From Candidatus Bathyarchaeota archaeon (lineage in GTDB: Archaea > Thermoproteota > Bathyarchaeia > TCS64): a stretch of DNA of 64,000 nucleotides. Shown one piece after another: positions 1 through 10,240 of the stretch (the stretch's first letter is position 1; each line of letters starts with the position of its first letter). The stretch is from contig CAVYVF010000023.1 of assembly GCA_963771885.1 (NCBI GenBank), forward strand, positions 608,001-672,000, read 5' to 3'. Under the pieces are notes generated by a model. The model did no database searches, was not told the DNA's origin, and saw nothing but the letters and a program-made list of their open reading frames with translations. The position numbers were made by a program, and so were the translations under genes.

Positions 1-211
1 TGCGCTCCAGTTGACGACTTGCTGGCGCTTTTCTGGGGAGTCGCCCTTGAGCAGCTTGATCAGTGGATTGTAGTCGATGTCCGAGCCTCTTCCCCCACAT
101 CTCCGCCTCGGAGATGTCCGCCTCAGTTATCTTCGCGCCGCTGTAGCCCTTGAGCCTCCATGCGTGCTTGGCCAGGCTGCCTATCTCATAGGTCTCGAAG
201 AGCTTCGCCAT
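1..211 (-). CDS. metE: Cobalamin-independent methionine synthase, likely catalytic half of a split MetE (5' part only; runs off the window; probable +1 indel near 80)
   Basis: Manual translation MAKLFETYEIGSLAKHAWRLKG resembles the archaeal MetE N-terminus (T-x-EIGS-x-x-K); its ATG overlaps the stop of the upstream MetE-like gene (TGATG). Confidence 0.65.
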   Translation of the reverse strand, partial: MAKLFETYEIGSLAKHAWRLKGYSGAKITEADISEAEMWGKRLGHRLQSTDQAAQGRLPRKAPASRQLER

Positions 212-1170
212 CAAGCGTCCCTCCTGAGGTTCTCCGCCACTTGAACTAGTAGACTAATCTTCTGCTCCGTCTTCTCCCATGTGAGGAAGTCGGCGTCGCA
301 GTTCGTCGAGACGTAGACGTCTTTTTGCTTCAGGGTCTTTAATATCTGCCTAGCGGCTGCTGTGATCTCTCCCGCGTCCTCGATGGTCGAGTTCCTTGCA
401 TCAACTATGCCGAGTGAAATTCCACCCCTCAGCTTGAGCCCCTTCAGAGTCTCTGGCGCAGTCTCGTAGAAGTCGAATCCGAGGTCAGAGACTGGGTAGG
501 CGAGTGCCTCCGGGAGTATGTCTGCGGCGTCTCCGAAGAATGTCTGCAGGCAAGTTTTCGCATTTAACCCCGCCGTGGCGACCTCGAGCACCTTCCCGTA
601 TGCCTTGAGTTCCTTCTTCAATGGCTTCGTAGTGACGTAGACGAGGGCGGGGTCACTGAGCTGGATGTAACCGTAGCCCTGTTTTTCGAGATGTTTCGCC
701 TCCCTGTTGAGTGCCTCGGCGTAGGCGATCTGTAGCTTGATTTTGTCGCCGTAGTGTCGATCGTCGGCGAGTGAGGCGAAAGTGTAGGGTGCCGGGAGGA
801 CCGCCTTCAGAGTCGCCCCCTTAGGCAGCAGTCTCCTATATCCAAGCCTCTCCGTCACAGATCCCTTGTAGGTGATCGGTTCCTCGATGATGGGGACTCT
901 GTAGAATGTGTTGTTGTTGAACCACCGCGCCATGGGGCCGAGTGAGACGCCCCCCAGCCCCATGGTGAACGGGCGGAGAAGGTCCTGCCATTTGAGAAGC
1001 CCATCGGTGACATGGGTTAGCCCCGCCTGTCCCTCAATTAACTTCTTCGTGGCTTCGAAGTACGCTGCTTCCAGCTCCTCCTCCGCTAGCTTCGCCCTGT
1101 CGTAGGCTCGCGTCTTGGCGATGAGTTCCTGCGGTCTCGGCAGGTTCCCGGATACGCTTGCTCCAATCAT
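211..1170 (-). CDS. MetE-like protein (N-terminal-half-like subunit of a split methionine synthase)
   Basis: 319 aa; GNLPRP, TDGLLKWQD, RWFNNNTFYRVP, IQLSDPAL and LGIVDARNS motifs typical of the MetE fold. Confidence 0.8.
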   Translation of the reverse strand: MIGASVSGNLPRPQELIAKTRAYDRAKLAEEELEAAYFEATKKLIEGQAGLTHVTDGLLKWQDLLRPFTMGLGGVSLGPMARWFNNNTFYRVPIIEEPITYKGSVTERLGYRRLLPKGATLKAVLPAPYTFASLADDRHYGDKIKLQIAYAEALNREAKHLEKQGYGYIQLSDPALVYVTTKPLKKELKAYGKVLEVATAGLNAKTCLQTFFGDAADILPEALAYPVSDLGFDFYETAPETLKGLKLRGGISLGIVDARNSTIEDAGEITAAARQILKTLKQKDVYVSTNCDADFLTWEKTEQKISLLVQVAENLRRDA

Positions 1171-2034
1171 GTTATTTCCTCCACTAGTCTATTCGTCGCC
1201 TCGTCGCTGCCTATCGGCATGAGGTGGAAGCCTATGCTGTAGGTTGAGAGGCTCGACTTTAAGTCGTCTACGACGCCTGCAAGTTGTTGGACGACGCCGC
1301 CGATGAAGTCGGGGCTATTCTCTAGTTTCTCGAGGGTTGTTTCCCTGATCTTTATGCCGGGCATCTGTGAGACGGCTCGCAGCCGCCGCGGCGTCGATGT
1401 GGGGGCAAGCCCTATCTGTACGTGGCGGTCTACCCTATCGCCACGCTCCTCGGCCTCGACGAAGAAGTCGAGGGCTTGCCCCGAGTCGTAGCTTATCTGG
1501 CTGATGAAGTAGTCGAACCCAGCGTCGACCTTCTTCCTGAGGGTGTCCTGCTCGTTGGGGCGGTCGAAGACGAGTGCACCCCCGATGGTGAATCGGGTGC
1601 TCCCCTTGATGGCTTGTTTCCCTCTCCCCACATGGGCGTTTCCGTCGTTGAGTCTTTTCACGACGCCGCAGAGCTCCATGCTGTTGACCTCCCAAACGGG
1701 TCTGAAGCCGTCCCGGTCTTGAGGCGCGTCCCCGGTTATTATGAAGAGGTTGTGGTGTCCCAGCATGTCCGCTCCTATGATCTCGGACTGAAGGGCGAGC
1801 AGGTTCCTGTCCCTGCAACTGAGGTTGGGTATGACGTCGACGTGCAGGCTGTCCTTCGCCAGTGAGCCGTAGGCTATGCTGCTTGCGCGTAGCGTCGCCA
1901 TGGGGTTGTCAGTGACGGTTACGGCGTCCAGCCTGTCGACTATCGGTGCGATGGCATCGAAGCCGTTCGTCTCGCATCCCCGCGGGGGGAGCAGCTCAAG
2001 GGTCAGAGGGTGGCGCTTCTCGAAGAGCGGCTAT
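1167..2034 (-). CDS. metF: Methylenetetrahydrofolate reductase family protein (MetF-like); start codon apparently disrupted by an indel
   Basis: Motifs ELLPPRG, VTVTDNPMA, NLSCRDRN, IITGD, KKVDAGFDYFISQ; the frame extends upstream of the ORF-track ATG to about 2030. Confidence 0.8.
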
Positions 2035-2415
2035 CACCTTTTCTTGAGCTTGTCCGGCCCAATCCGCGTGTCGACGTATTCACCGAATATGGGCTGGCAC
2101 TCCTGGTCGACGAAGTCGCCGTCCCACCACTCGAAGGCGAAGCAGTCCTCCTCGGGTACCATAACGTGCGGTACTCCCGCCTCGACCCTGAAGACTCTCC
2201 CCTCGGACGAGGGGCATCTCAGTTATCGAGCCGTCGTCGTATCTGACGTACTTACCTTTGCCCGATAGGAGCAGGGTATACTGGTTGTATGGGTGCTTGT
2301 GGTTGCCCCTGTAGGCCCCCACCTTTGTCTCAAGGATGGAGTAGAATCGCCCATCCTTGTGGAATCCTTGCCCGGCACCGACTGGTGCGAAGGTGCCCCA
2401 TTCCTTTATTTCTAT
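2034..2415 (-). CDS. Cupin-domain protein (frameshifted near 2195; start uncertain)
   Basis: Joining frames gives ...RGNHKHPYNQYTLLLSGKG...GEVFRVEAGVPHVMVPEEDCFAFEWW...KKR*, i.e. cupin motifs 1 and 2; GGAGG upstream. Confidence 0.7.
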
Positions 2416-2453
2416 GAGTTTTGGTTTCCTCCGATGCGTAGGCGTAAGGAAGC

Positions 2454-2493
2454 TATTCCTATATATGAGTATTCTTGACTGATGATATTCCTA
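2454..2493. promoter_or_regulatory. Three TATTCYT direct repeats at 16-bp spacing overlapping a TATA-like element of the met operon
   Basis: TATTCCT at 2454, TATTCTT at 2470, TATTCCT at 2486. Confidence 0.4.
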
Positions 2494-2783
2494 AAAGAAT
2501 TAGTTTGGTGCTTGTCTATTAGCAGAAGCTTAAGCAGCTACTCATCTGTCGCCCTCCACTGCCAACAAACCTAGAAAAAGGCCTTAAACACGAAAACAAG
2601 ACGATAATAGGGGAAACGCGATGGCGGCGGAGGAGGAAACGGGAAACATGACGCACGAGCCTTGCAGATGAGGGGCGCCCCTCTAGCGCCAGGGAACAGG
2701 TGCTGAAAATCCCTTGGCTACTTAAACCTACCCAAATAGTATCCCGCAAAGAATATATTACTACCTAGCTTTCCTATCCCTCT

Positions 2784-3338
2784 ATGCTGCCCGCACTCGA
2801 AATAATCCCCGAGAGGAGGCGCAAGCTCGGGCTGACACAGAGCCAGCTAGCTGAGCTCGCTGGCGTTAGCCAGAGCTACATCGCCAAGCTGGAAGCCGGA
2901 AACATCGAGCCAAGCTACGTCAAGGTCAAGGCGCTCTTTGAGGCGCTCGATCGGCTAGAGCAGGAGAAGCAGGTCTCGGCGGGGCAGATTATGAACCGCT
3001 CTGTCGTCGGCATACAGAAGGATATGCACATCTCCGACGCGATCGACTTGATGAGAAGGAACGGCTTCAGCCAGCTACCCGTCATGGATGGGGAGAGGAG
3101 CATCGGCAGTATAAGTGAGGGGACACTACTCGACCATATGCTCGCCTCGAAGAAGAACGAGAGCCAAGCGATGACCGTCTCCGAGATAATGGACGAGCCC
3201 TTCCCCCAGGTCGGTGAGGACGCCCCCGTCAGTCTGCTCACCAACCTACTCAAGTTCTACCCCGCCGTCCTCGTCCAGAGGAAGGGGACGATCGCCGGAA
3301 TAGTCACGAAGGCAGACCTGCTCGGGATCCTAGCCTAG
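2784..3338 (+). CDS. XRE-type HTH transcriptional regulator with a C-terminal CBS pair
   Basis: RRKLGLTQSQLAELAGVSQSYIAKLE HTH followed by two CBS domains (FSQLPV, GIVTKADL). Confidence 0.9.
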   Translation: MLPALEIIPERRRKLGLTQSQLAELAGVSQSYIAKLEAGNIEPSYVKVKALFEALDRLEQEKQVSAGQIMNRSVVGIQKDMHISDAIDLMRRNGFSQLPVMDGERSIGSISEGTLLDHMLASKKNESQAMTVSEIMDEPFPQVGEDAPVSLLTNLLKFYPAVLVQRKGTIAGIVTKADLLGILA

Positions 3339-3379
3339 GTGACAAACCTTTTAGAGTGACCCGGGCGTCTTCCTGAACC

Positions 3380-3995
3380 ATGAAGCTCAGCCGCAAGGCT
3401 ATTACTGTCCATACTCGCCGCAGTCGTCCTACTCACCTCGGGCGTCGTAGCCTGGACCCAATTCTTCCAGCCAAAGGAGGTCGTCGTCATCGAGACCACG
3501 ATGGGGACGATAGAGGTGGAGCTCGACCGCCAGCACGCCCCGGTTACCGTCGATAACTTCGTCCAGTACGTAAAGGACGGCTTCTACGACGGCACGATAT
3601 TCCATCGCGTCTACGCGGGCTTCGTCGTGCAGGCTGGAGGATACACTCCGGATGAGAGCGAGAAGACGACACGCGCCGCGATAAAACTGGAGACGAACGT
3701 CGGGCTCTCCAACACTGTGGGTACTATCGCGATGGCACGCCAGACCGCACCCGACTCCGCAACCAGCCAGTTCTACATAAATCTCGTAGACAACGCCTTA
3801 CTCGACTACAAATCCGCCTCGAGCCCCGGTTACGCAGTCTTCGGCAAAGTAGTCTCGGGCATGGATGTGGTGAACAACATCGCCAAGGTCCCAGTCGAGA
3901 CGCGTATGGTCAACATCCCCGGCTACGGAGAGTATCCCTTCGAGAAGTGGCCCGTCGAGGACATAGTCATAACTCGCGCCTACATGAAGCCGTAA
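3380..3995 (+). CDS. Cyclophilin-type peptidyl-prolyl isomerase with N-terminal membrane anchor (+1 indel near 3398)
   Basis: FYDGTIFHRV, GTIAMAR and SATSQFYIN motifs; upstream frame encodes LLLSILAAVVLLTSGVVAW. Confidence 0.9.
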
Positions 3996-4027
3996 TCTTC
4001 AAACGGCTCTCAACAGCTTATCAAGCC

Positions 4028-4513
4028 ATGGACGGCGAATCACCCTACACTAGCTGGATGTATAGGGGCAAGAGGCCACCGAGCGACTCCGCCTACTTCG
4101 AGAACATGAGTAGATGCGTCTTCCAATCCGGGCTCAACTGGGTGACTATCGCTGACCGTTGGCCCGCCTTCAGGAAAGCGTTCGACGACTTCGACATCAC
4201 ACGCGTCGCCGGTTACGGCGCCGATGATATTGCGCGCCTCATGGGGGACGCCAGTATAATCCGGAACAGGAACAAGATACTCGCCACAATCCACAACGCC
4301 CGAGAGTTCGAGAGGATCGTCAAGGAGAGCGGCGGCATCCCCGCATGGCTCGACGGCCTCGACAAGTCGAACAACTACCAGGGCGTCATCAAGAGGATAG
4401 CGTCACGCTTCAAGCACGTCGGCGCCACATCCATACCCCTCTGGCTCCACTCCGTTGGCGAGGACATAGACATCACAGACCTCGTCGAGAACCGGTTCAA
4501 GTGCCCCAAGTGA
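4028..4513 (+). CDS. tag: DNA-3-methyladenine glycosylase I family protein
   Basis: YFENMSRCVFQSGLNW, AFRKAFDDFD, IIRNRNKI and FKHVG motifs. Confidence 0.85.
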   Translation: MDGESPYTSWMYRGKRPPSDSAYFENMSRCVFQSGLNWVTIADRWPAFRKAFDDFDITRVAGYGADDIARLMGDASIIRNRNKILATIHNAREFERIVKESGGIPAWLDGLDKSNNYQGVIKRIASRFKHVGATSIPLWLHSVGEDIDITDLVENRFKCPK

Positions 4514-4666
4514 CAGGGATAACAGGTATCATGGCTCCATAAACCCCTATAAGAGCGAATCCACAGGCAGAATTACGGGGGAGGTGGTGTCCCGACTAAT
4601 TGGCCAATTTTAAGCCTCGAGATACACACCCTGCCCATTTTTTATAAGTGACTTCAACGGATTGTC

Positions 4667-5902
4667 CTAAATGCTGAGGATCTCCTTCTTAGACCACAGG
4701 TAATCCTCCACCAACGCCTCGCCGAGGTTCCCCGGGTCGGTGAAGAAGACGCGCCCATTGTTGACCTGGGCAATCCTCTTCGCCATCTCGCGTAGCTCGG
4801 GGTCGTCATCAAGCATGACGACGTTGAGAAGTATGTCATGGAGGCGGTAGAGGCGTACCTCCTCGATGATGGCTTCCATAGCTCGCTTAAAGCCGACGAA
4901 CTCGCCGTCGAGGAAGTTAGGTGCGGAGTCTGTGATGAGGTGCGCCTGCTTGTTGCCGGGTTCCATCGCGACGGCGAGTCGGAAGGCGCGGAGGGGTCGC
5001 CGTATGTCGGTGAACTGCTGCGGGACAGCGACGCCAGGCAGTTCATAAGGCTCCACCCTCTTCGTCTCCTCGCTGAAGGCGTATACCCTGAGCCTGTCCT
5101 CGGGGAACTCCAGCCTCATGAGCTCGCTAAGCGCGAGCGCCGTCTCCACAGCCGCCTCCATCTTCCCCTTCTTCTTCATCGAGGCGCTCTGGTCGACGAG
5201 TACGCCGAAGTGTACCTCCGTGGCGTGGCGGCTCTCATGTATGCGGAAGTCGCTCATCTTCATCTCTTTGAAGCCGCCTCCGCGTTCGATCGCCGCCATG
5301 AGGCTGCGCTCTATGTTGATCCTGTCGTAGGGGTCGCCGGGCTCGTATGGGCGGTAGGTTGCGGCGAGCCATGGACCGTGCCCGATGTCCTCGATGCGAT
5401 GGGCACCCAGCCCCTTCCGGGCAAGGTTCGCAAGAATTTTGTTCAGGAAGCCCCTGCCGAGAAGCTGCGCGCCCTTACTCGTGAGAACGACGCCCTTGCC
5501 CCGCCCGTCGAGGAGCCCCCTCCTCTCCAGGTCACTCAACGCCTCGTCGAAGTCCTCCTCGCTTATAGTACCGGGGTCTGCGTCGAGCTCCTCTATCTGC
5601 TCACTCAGCCCATCCATCTCCCCCGTCGTCTCAATCTCGCTGAGGGCTTCCTCCTCGCTGCCTCCCTCGAGGAGCTTCTGGACGGCTTTCATCATCATCT
5701 GCGCCTTGAGATGCTCGAGCTGCTCCTTGAGCTCCTCCTTCTTCTGCTTGTTGGCCTTGAGGCGCTCCTCCGCCTTCTCCCTGACCCTCTCCATCATCTG
5801 GGAGTCCTGGTCTAGCCCCTTACCCATCTGCATTTTCGCGGCGTCCCGTAGAAGGTCCAGGGTGTTATCCACGATGTCGCTGCAGGGGTTTTGGGATTGC
5901 AC
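4667..5902 (-). CDS. VWA-domain protein with coiled-coil N-terminus (partner of the adjacent AAA+ ATPase)
   Basis: MIDAS motif DQSAS...T...ITD; RPYEPGD motif; helical N-terminus. Confidence 0.85.
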   Translation of the reverse strand: MQSQNPCSDIVDNTLDLLRDAAKMQMGKGLDQDSQMMERVREKAEERLKANKQKKEELKEQLEHLKAQMMMKAVQKLLEGGSEEEALSEIETTGEMDGLSEQIEELDADPGTISEEDFDEALSDLERRGLLDGRGKGVVLTSKGAQLLGRGFLNKILANLARKGLGAHRIEDIGHGPWLAATYRPYEPGDPYDRINIERSLMAAIERGGGFKEMKMSDFRIHESRHATEVHFGVLVDQSASMKKKGKMEAAVETALALSELMRLEFPEDRLRVYAFSEETKRVEPYELPGVAVPQQFTDIRRPLRAFRLAVAMEPGNKQAHLITDSAPNFLDGEFVGFKRAMEAIIEEVRLYRLHDILLNVVMLDDDPELREMAKRIAQVNNGRVFFTDPGNLGEALVEDYLWSKKEILSI

Positions 5903-5904
5903 GG

Positions 5905-7395
5905 TTACTCCATCCGCTTGGGGGCGTAGGCGTTCTCGATCTTGGCGTCTACGAGATTACCAGCGTGGAGGGCGTGGGCGATGAGTTCGAGTGCACTGCC
6001 CCTGTAGTCCCTTAGCGTCTCGGGGTCGACCGCCTCGGGGCTGTCCCTGATTAGGTCACCGAGACCGCTAACGAGGCTCGGGCTCTCCCAAGGCTGATTC
6101 TCCTCCATAAAGCGGACGACGCGGTATGCGCCTTCATGGTCCTGCAGGTTATCGAGGACATCGCCGCCCGAGAGGACGGCGTTTACCTCGCCGGCGAGCT
6201 GACGCGGGTCGACGTCAACTCCCTTCAACACTGCGACGCCCACGTCGCGAGCAGCGTACCAGAGGACGTCCTCGACAACCTCATCGTTTTTCACCATAAA
6301 GGCAGCGGGGCTGTCGTCGAATCCGACGAGGTCTGCCCTGAGTCTTATCCTGCCTCTTAGGGCGAGTTTGAGCCCGTCAGCCGCCTCGTGAAGCCCAGAG
6401 ACGCGCTTCCCGGACCGCTCGGTTGAGCTGATCGTGTGGTCGAGGCTCTTGATCGAGCCCCTGATGCTGCTACCCCTGTCGATGTTGGGGCAGTCGCGCG
6501 TATATCTGACCGTCTTCTCGACGGCGTCGACTATCCACCACGGCGCGGACGCCCTACGCTTGAGCTCCTCCGGCTTCGCGTATATGGGCTCCTCCTCACC
6601 CCTCCGTGTCCTGTCGAGGAAGAACTCCTCCCTGACCTTGAAGCCCTCCTTAAGCATGATCTCGCGCTCTATATCCTCCTCGGGGAGCGCCATCGGGATT
6701 AGTTCGAGGCGGTCGAGGAGCGGTTCGGGGACCCTGTTGACGTGGCTGAAGCCAGTGGGATTGCCTGTGGCGACAAAGAATATGTCGATGGGGCGCACCC
6801 AGTTGTACTCCTCGAGGACGACCTTGCCCTCCTGCAGCATGGGGTGGAATAGGACCTGTACCTTGGTGGGTATAGCGGGTAGCTCGTCTACGCAGACAAC
6901 GCCGCGGTTGCCCCTAAGTACACCTGTGCCGATGAAGGCGCGTGGATCTGTTGGACTCTCACCCTGTACGATGGCTTGTATGTCCTTTACGCCGAGTATC
7001 TTCGCCTCGTTTGTGTATTCGTTGCCCTGAATCCTGCTGTAGCGCTGGATGCCCGAGATGATCTCAATCTCCGGGTCCTCCTCGCCCTGGCAGCTCGGAC
7101 ACTTCCACTCCTCGGGCCACTTAGGGTCGCAGTTGTAGGGGCAGCCCTTGATCTTCGGCACGGGTGGGAGGAGCTTAGCGAGGCTCTCTGCGAGACGCGT
7201 CTTACCCGTACCCTCCCTACTTACTAGGTATGGATAGCCGTTGCTCAGCACGGCCCTTATCACGTCCGCCTTCGTCCCTTCCCTGCCTTCTATATCTGGG
7301 AGGGGGTCCTCGCCGTCGTGGAGCTTCTTGAGCATCATGTAACGTAGCTCATAGGCGACTGGCATTGGGGTGTACCGTTCGATATCGAAGTCCAA
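5905..7395 (-). CDS. Mg-chelatase ChlI/MoxR-like AAA+ ATPase
   Basis: Walker A variant SREGTGKT, CPYNCDP, Walker B VCVDEL, ATGNP, LLDRL. Confidence 0.85.
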   Translation of the reverse strand: MDFDIERYTPMPVAYELRYMMLKKLHDGEDPLPDIEGREGTKADVIRAVLSNGYPYLVSREGTGKTRLAESLAKLLPPVPKIKGCPYNCDPKWPEEWKCPSCQGEEDPEIEIISGIQRYSRIQGNEYTNEAKILGVKDIQAIVQGESPTDPRAFIGTGVLRGNRGVVCVDELPAIPTKVQVLFHPMLQEGKVVLEEYNWVRPIDIFFVATGNPTGFSHVNRVPEPLLDRLELIPMALPEEDIEREIMLKEGFKVREEFFLDRTRRGEEEPIYAKPEELKRRASAPWWIVDAVEKTVRYTRDCPNIDRGSSIRGSIKSLDHTISSTERSGKRVSGLHEAADGLKLALRGRIRLRADLVGFDDSPAAFMVKNDEVVEDVLWYAARDVGVAVLKGVDVDPRQLAGEVNAVLSGGDVLDNLQDHEGAYRVVRFMEENQPWESPSLVSGLGDLIRDSPEAVDPETLRDYRGSALELIAHALHAGNLVDAKIENAYAPKRME

Positions 7396-7512
7396 GGCTG
7401 ATCCCCGTGTTCTGATACAGTCGAGTTGCCAGCCTTAAAAAGCATCCCGGCATTCCCAACTGGCGACTGTCAAGTCTTTTCAACTCACTTCGACGACTTC
7501 TACTCGATTGGC

Positions 7513-8951
7513 ATGGTGAAAACCTACGCGGAGATAGACCGGCGCATCATCGGTGAAGCCTACAGGAGCGTCGAGACACTGGAGAACGTGACGACGCTCT
7601 GTGACGACTATGACTCGCGGTGGCCTGGCTCCGGGGACGACAAGGCGTCATGCGAGTACATGGCTGGCAAACTGGAGGATTACGGGCTGGAGAGCGTTCA
7701 CCTCGAGAAATTTATGATACCTGGCTGGAAGAGGGGGCCAGCGAAGATAACCGTTCTCGAACCTCGGCGAAAGGAGATTCCGTGCATCGGACTCCCAATG
7801 ACCGCCGAGGGTACCATCGAGGCAGAGTTAGTCGACCTTGGCGAAGGCGCTGTCGACGTTTATGAAAAGAGGCGTAAGGAGATTGAGGGTAAGATCGTGC
7901 TCGTCAGCAGCGCCCAGCCACCGACTATGGCACGCTACCTGCATAGGAGTGAGAGGTACCAGCGCAGTGTCATGGCGGGCGCGGTGGGTTGGATCTTCAT
8001 GACACACTACCCCGCCTACGGGCCACCGACGGGCGGCATAAGTCCGATAATTCCCGGGGTCGGCGTCAGCTACGAGGACGGTGCATACCTCGCACGAGTT
8101 CTTCACCGCAAGGGGCGTGTCAAACTCCGTCTAGAGGTCGACTGCGAGAACTTACAGGTTGACACGTGGAATGTCGTCGCCGACCTCCCAGGTAAGGTTG
8201 AGGGAGAGAACGTCGTCTACGGCGCCCACTACGAGGGGCACGACATCGCTGTCGGAGCGCTCGACGACGCGACAGGGGCCGCTGTTGTCATGGAGACCGC
8301 CCGCATACTCGCCAATGAGAAGCAGATGAAGCGGGGGATGAGGTTCCTTCTCTTCGGCGCCGAGGAGATCGGCCTATACGGGAGTAAGGCGTACGTCCGC
8401 GATCACCCAGCGGACGTCGCTAACACCCGATTCATGATGAACTTCGACGCTGCTGCCCGTTATGGTAAGCAGGGATTCCAACTCCACGGCTGGCCTCAGC
8501 TAGAGCCGTTCTTCAGGGAGATCACTTCAGCGATCGGCCCCGACATCCCCCTCTGGCAGGGCGTCAGTCCCTACAGTGACCACTGGCCCTTCTTCCTAAA
8601 AGGCGTACCCACAGCTGGAATGGGTGACCCTGAGGAAAACAAACGATTAGGCGGACGGGGCTTCGGTCACACGAGCTACGACACCGTCGATAAGGTCAAC
8701 CTGCGTGCCATGCGTGAATGCGCTGCGAACGCGTCCATCGCTGCAATGAGGATATCAAACGCCGATGATTGGCCCGTCACCCTCCGACCCCAGTTGGAGG
8801 TCGAAGCCTTCGTCCAATCGCAGGGTTCAAGGACACTGTTGGACTCGGGGAAAAACTCAAGGCATACCTTAACAAGAAGCGCGAGTCCCTCAAACCCGAG
8901 ACACGTGACTACCTTGACCGCCTCACGGGCGGCTGGGACGAGGTAATCTAG
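7513..8951 (+). CDS. M28 family aminopeptidase with PA domain (frameshift near 8825)
   Basis: GAHYEGH, GALDDATG, FGAEEIGLYGS, SDHWPF and HTSYDT motifs; C-terminus continues in another frame to DEVI*. Confidence 0.88.
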
Positions 8952-8989
8952 CTCGGGAATTTTTTCCCTTTTATGTAGCTTATCATTAA

Positions 8990-10132
8990 CTACCTGTCCG
9001 ACTCGAAGACTTGCCCCGCTCCGCGTAGCAGGTTCCTTATGGGCAGGTGCTGAGGGCACAGTTCCTCGCATCGCCCGCAGCTCACGCAGTTCTTCGCGTA
9101 CTGCTCCTTCTTGAGCTGTGAGGCATACTTCGTCTTGACGGCGTTGTCCCTGTCCTTCATGTAGTACTCGTTGAAGAGGCTGAATATCTCGGGTATTGCG
9201 ACACCACTCGGGCAGGGTGTGCAGTACCTGCAGCCCGTGCAGCCGACGAAGCCCATCTCCCTGTACTTCTTTGCCACTTGGTCGACAAGCTTTAGGTCCT
9301 CTTTGGTGAGCTTGCCGACTCCGCTTCGCCCCGCCGCCTTGACGTTCTCGACGGTCTGCTCCATGTTGCTCATACCGCTGAGAACGAGGCTGACCTCAGG
9401 GTGGTTCCAGACCCACTGGAGTGCCCACTCGGCCGGCTTCCACCTGTGGTGTCCCTCCCTCCAGAGTGCCTTTATTGGTGCTGGGGGCTCGATGGCGAGG
9501 CGTCCTCCAGCGATGGGCTCCATGATGACTACTGCGAGCCCCTTCTTCGCCGCGTACTTGAGGCCCTCTGTGCCTGCCTGGTAGCCTGTGTCCATGTAGT
9601 TGTACTGAATCTGGCAGAAGTCCCAATCGCGGTAGTCAACTATCTCCTTGAAGAGGGGGAGCTCGTCGTGGAAGCTGAATCCGAGGTGCCTTATCTTGCC
9701 CTCCGCGAGTTTCTTCTCGGCCCACTCGAAGACGCCGAGGTCTCTGACGACGCCCCAGCGCTCCACCCTAAGCCCGTGGAGGAGGTAGAAGTCTATATGG
9801 TCAGTCTGGAGCTTCTGGAGTTGCTCCTGGAAGTACTTGTCGAAGTCCTCCGCCTTGTTAATGAGCCAGCAGGGCATCTTGGTTGCGAGCTTCACTTTCT
9901 CCCTGTAACCATCCCTCAGGGCCTTACCGACGACTATCTCGCTCTGCCCCTTGTGGTAGGGATAGGCTGAGTCGACGTAGTTGACGCCGTTGTCGATGGC
10001 GTATCTGATCATCTTGATCGCTTGGGGCTCATCGATCTTCGCAGTGTCACCGCCGATGATGGGGAGCCTCATCGCGCCGAAGCCGAGCGCCGATGGCTCA
10101 TATTCGAGCCTGCCGAACTTTCTGTACTTCAT
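8990..10132 (-). CDS. Aldo/keto reductase with C-terminal 2x[4Fe-4S] domain
   Basis: LGFGAMRLP, NYVDSAYPYH, CTGCRYCTPCP and CVSCGRCEELCP. Confidence 0.92.
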   Translation of the reverse strand: MKYRKFGRLEYEPSALGFGAMRLPIIGGDTAKIDEPQAIKMIRYAIDNGVNYVDSAYPYHKGQSEIVVGKALRDGYREKVKLATKMPCWLINKAEDFDKYFQEQLQKLQTDHIDFYLLHGLRVERWGVVRDLGVFEWAEKKLAEGKIRHLGFSFHDELPLFKEIVDYRDWDFCQIQYNYMDTGYQAGTEGLKYAAKKGLAVVIMEPIAGGRLAIEPPAPIKALWREGHHRWKPAEWALQWVWNHPEVSLVLSGMSNMEQTVENVKAAGRSGVGKLTKEDLKLVDQVAKKYREMGFVGCTGCRYCTPCPSGVAIPEIFSLFNEYYMKDRDNAVKTKYASQLKKEQYAKNCVSCGRCEELCPQHLPIRNLLRGAGQVFESDR

Positions 10133-10240
10133 ATTTGGGCACCAGAACAAGGGTTGCAGGGGAGCAGGCGCTTATAGGATTTCCCTCGCATATGGACGTC
10201 TTTTTATCGTCAATACAACGCTATCCTTTTACGATCCGAG

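Noticed and set aside
2541..2700. Possible riboswitch or ncRNA upstream of the met operon (CTCATCTG...CAGATGAG, GGGGCGCCCC)
   Set aside because: It lies upstream of the putative operon TATA, so it is outside the leader, and no SAM-riboswitch consensus was recognisable.
4598..4650. AATTGGCCAATT palindrome and TATA-like words between convergent genes
   Set aside because: Short and plausible by chance; no associated ORF or RNA structure could be supported.
4838..5815. Long antisense ORFs (e.g. 325 aa here, 235 aa at 58493-59200, 220 aa at 60955-61617)
   Set aside because: These are shadow frames of GC-rich genes with strong codon bias and have no recognisable motifs.
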